The notes beneath the pieces are model-generated. The model ran no database searches and was not told where the DNA came from. It saw nothing but the letters and a program-made list of their open reading frames with translations. A stretch of 64,000 nt of DNA from NCBI GenBank assembly GCA_041665145.1, contig JBAYJK010000001.1:10779-74778 (forward strand), read 5' to 3'. Source of the stretch: Patescibacteria group bacterium. Lineage in GTDB: Bacteria > Patescibacteriota > Microgenomatia > UBA1406. Shown here piece after piece: positions 61,714 through 64,000 of this stretch (positions are counted from its first letter, which is position 1; every line of letters begins with the position of its first letter). Both the position numbers and the translations under genes were made by a program.

Positions 61714-63447
61714 ATGATCTTTGCAGATATCGCACACACATTCGATAAATTGGAACACACCGCATCTCGTATCGAGATGACGAAGCTTCTGTCAGTTCTT
61801 TACCGCCAGCTTTCCGTTCGCGAGATTGACAAAGTAAGCTATTTACTGCAAGGGCGCGTGGCACCGGTATATGAAAAACTCGATTTTGGATTAGCGGAGC
61901 GATTAGTATTTAAAGCGGCTGTGAATGCGTTTTCCCTATCTGAAAAGGAGGCAAAACGGGAATGGGAAAAAGGCGGTGATTTGGGCATCGTGATTGAGAA
62001 ATATCGGGGAACTGCCAATCTGTTGTTCCAAAATACTACGCCACTGTCGGTTTCTGAAGTGTTTGAACTTCTCTATAAAATTCCCGGATTGTCGGGAAGC
62101 GGTTCTCAAGAAGGCAAATTGGGAGTGCTTGCTGACCTTTTCCAACAACTCGATCCGTTGTCTTGTCGCTATGTTGTACGTATGGTGACTGCGAAGCTCC
62201 GACTCGGATTTTCGGATATGACAGTGCTCGATGCCTTCTCATGGATGTTAAGCGGGGACAAGCAGCATCGGAAAGAAATAGAACGGGCATACAATGTGCA
62301 CCCGGATCTTGGTTTTATCGGAAGAACACTCAAAGAAGCAGGGGTTCTTGGACTGGAACACGTGAAACCTATTCCCGGGGTGCCCATTCTCATGGCTCGG
62401 GCAGAACGGGTTCCCGAACCGGAAGTAATTTTTGAAAAAATCGGTTCCTGTGCGGTAGAACCAAAATATGACGGTTTCAGATTGCAGATACATGTGTTAA
62501 AGACCCATTCCGTACATATCTATTCTCGCAATATGGAAAATGTTGCGTTTATGTATCCGGATATTGTTGCTGCAGCTCAGAAGGAACTCGGCGGGCATGA
62601 AGTGATTATTGAAGGTGAGGCGATCGGATATGATCTCAAGAACGATCACTACTTACCATTCCAAGAGACCGTTCAACGGAAGCGAAAACATGATATCGCA
62701 AGCAAGAGTGTCGAGATCCCGTTACGGCTGTTTGCCTTCGATCTTTTGTATTGTGATGGAGAATCATACCTTACCAAAGGGTACCAGGAACGCAGACAGA
62801 AACTTCATAGTATTGTCAGCAAGAATGCGGAAGTAATTTCTGTTACAAAAGTGACAATTGCCGAAAATGCCGGGCAAATTGAGCAGTTGTTCCGGACCGC
62901 GATAAGTGAGGGTTTAGAGGGAATTATGGCTAAGAAGTTGGATGGCACCTATGAAGCAGGTGCGCGCGGGTGGAATTGGATCAAATTCAAACACAGTTAC
63001 GGCTCCAGGCTTGTAGATACGCTTGATTGTGTAGTCATGGGATATGACTATGGGCAGGGAAAGCGTACGGGTTTCGGTATCGGTGCTTTTCTGGTCGGTG
63101 TCTTCAACAAAAAAACAGACAAGTTTGTTACCGTAGCTAAAATCGGGACCGGTCTGACGGATGATGAATGGAGATCTCTGAAAACGCTTTGTAATAAACA
63201 TGCAGTCAAAGAGCGGCCGGCGGTATACGACGTGAACAAAGAGCTGAGTGTTGACCAATGGGTGCAGCCTGCCGTGGTCGTGGAAATCCGTGCGGATGAG
63301 CTGACGCGCTCAACAATGCACACGGCGCTCTTGGCGCTGCGGTTTCCCCGTCTCGAAAAATTCCGGGCAGACAAATCCGCAAACGAGGTGTCAGAACTAA
63401 CGGAACTCCAGCATATGTCTGCAGGCCAGAAGAGAGTTGCGCTATAA
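61714..63447 (+). CDS. ATP-dependent DNA ligase (archaeal/eukaryotic Lig1-type)
   Basis: Motif I (AVEPKYDGFRLQIH). EGIMAKKLDGTYEAGARGWNWIKFK. OB-fold C-terminus. Confidence 0.9.
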   Translation: MIFADIAHTFDKLEHTASRIEMTKLLSVLYRQLSVREIDKVSYLLQGRVAPVYEKLDFGLAERLVFKAAVNAFSLSEKEAKREWEKGGDLGIVIEKYRGTANLLFQNTTPLSVSEVFELLYKIPGLSGSGSQEGKLGVLADLFQQLDPLSCRYVVRMVTAKLRLGFSDMTVLDAFSWMLSGDKQHRKEIERAYNVHPDLGFIGRTLKEAGVLGLEHVKPIPGVPILMARAERVPEPEVIFEKIGSCAVEPKYDGFRLQIHVLKTHSVHIYSRNMENVAFMYPDIVAAAQKELGGHEVIIEGEAIGYDLKNDHYLPFQETVQRKRKHDIASKSVEIPLRLFAFDLLYCDGESYLTKGYQERRQKLHSIVSKNAEVISVTKVTIAENAGQIEQLFRTAISEGLEGIMAKKLDGTYEAGARGWNWIKFKHSYGSRLVDTLDCVVMGYDYGQGKRTGFGIGAFLVGVFNKKTDKFVTVAKIGTGLTDDEWRSLKTLCNKHAVKERPAVYDVNKELSVDQWVQPAVVVEIRADELTRSTMHTALLALRFPRLEKFRADKSANEVSELTELQHMSAGQKRVAL

Positions 63448-63454
63448 TACATCT

Positions 63455-64000
63455 ATGTCATCGTTTCGAATACTAACGTATAATCTGTTATTCGGGAAAG
63501 CCTTGTCTCGGATTGCTGAAGTGCTGAAAAAAGAGAAACCGGATATCTTTTGTGTTCAGGAATTCGAATTAAACGGGGAAACGGTTCAGCTCATAGAAAA
63601 AGCCGGCTACAAACTGGCAGACTATTCGCACTCCTTCTTTAAACACCTCAGGTTCTACAGCATCGCCACGTTTTACAACCCCGAAACCGTCACGCACAAC
63701 AATGGAGAAGCAATCAGCTTGTCCCGAAGTTTCTATGAGTTCATTCTTTTTTTGTTCCGCTGGGGTAAAACAAGTCGTACGGCGTTAAAAACACAGTTCA
63801 TCATTAAGGCGGTCAAACAGGCCGTAGATGTTTATAATGTGCATCTCACGCCGTTCTTTTACGGTACGAATAGTGTACGGAACAGGCAACTTGAAAAAAT
63901 ATTAACTCGTGTGCAAATAAGCAAAATTCCGACCATTATCACCGGAGATTTTAACTATGCTATCCGGCGACGGAGTCTTGATTTGTTATTCAAGAAGTAT
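63455..64000 (+). CDS. Endonuclease/exonuclease/phosphatase (EEP) family protein, 3' end outside the window
   Basis: Not in the ORF track because no stop falls in the window. I translated 182 codons without a stop. Motifs ILTYNL, DIFCVQE and TGDFN. TATAAT lies 6 nt upstream of the ATG. Confidence 0.7.
   Translation, partial: MSSFRILTYNLLFGKALSRIAEVLKKEKPDIFCVQEFELNGETVQLIEKAGYKLADYSHSFFKHLRFYSIATFYNPETVTHNNGEAISLSRSFYEFILFLFRWGKTSRTALKTQFIIKAVKQAVDVYNVHLTPFFYGTNSVRNRQLEKILTRVQISKIPTIITGDFNYAIRRRSLDLLFKKY

Noticed and set aside
1-64000. Alternative genetic code, such as the UGA recoding seen in some CPR lineages.
   Set aside because: Conserved genes (metG, ddl, glmS, nrdJ, the ligase gene) are full length with TGA, TAA and TAG all used as terminators. 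The single in-frame TAA at 24507 is isolated.

Overview
This is a gene-dense 64-kb chromosomal fragment. It holds about 60 protein genes on both strands, 7 tRNAs, a tmRNA/SmpB pair and one candidate glmS ribozyme. I saw no rRNA, CRISPR array, transposase or phage integrase. All long ORFs are intact under the standard code. All identifications come from motif recognition by eye on the supplied translations and DNA; no searches were run.

The gene content is what I would expect from a reduced-genome Patescibacteria/CPR-type bacterium (inference only). It includes two multi-kb surface proteins, two TrbC/VirB2-like pilin genes, three GT-C membrane glycosyltransferases, an ATP-dependent DNA ligase, PolX, Fpg, an AlkA-like glycosylase, a B12-dependent class II ribonucleotide reductase with NrdR and a PduO-type adenosyltransferase, RpiB and an Rpe-like gene, five Nudix genes, and small GIY-YIG ORFs beside stable-RNA genes.

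Most interesting observations:
1. An 11.8-kb surface mega-protein locus at nt 1-11847.
2. A compositionally mosaic accessory block next to ssrA (24.1-29.4 kb). It contains a very AT-rich 988-aa membrane-anchored KAP-like P-loop NTPase, a nonsense-disrupted host gene, and a high-GC orphan gene with foreign-looking expression signals.
3. A GIY-YIG mini-ORF wedged between a decayed 5' copy of tRNA-Gly and the intact tRNA-Gly, with its stop codon inside the tRNA. A single-chain nuclease-methylase-specificity R-M enzyme follows.
4. A tandem pair of pilin-like genes with cysteine-rich ectodomains (59.8-61.7 kb).
5. A pervasive leaderless architecture (TAnnnT-N6/7-start codon), including one gene whose ATG directly abuts the encoded CCA of tRNA-Tyr.
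6. Unusual RNA details: tRNA-Ile(UAU), tRNA-Tyr with C1:G72, C55 T-loops, and a 28-nt repeat downstream of stable-RNA genes.
7. A Xer-like recombinase that appears to lack its nucleophilic tyrosine.
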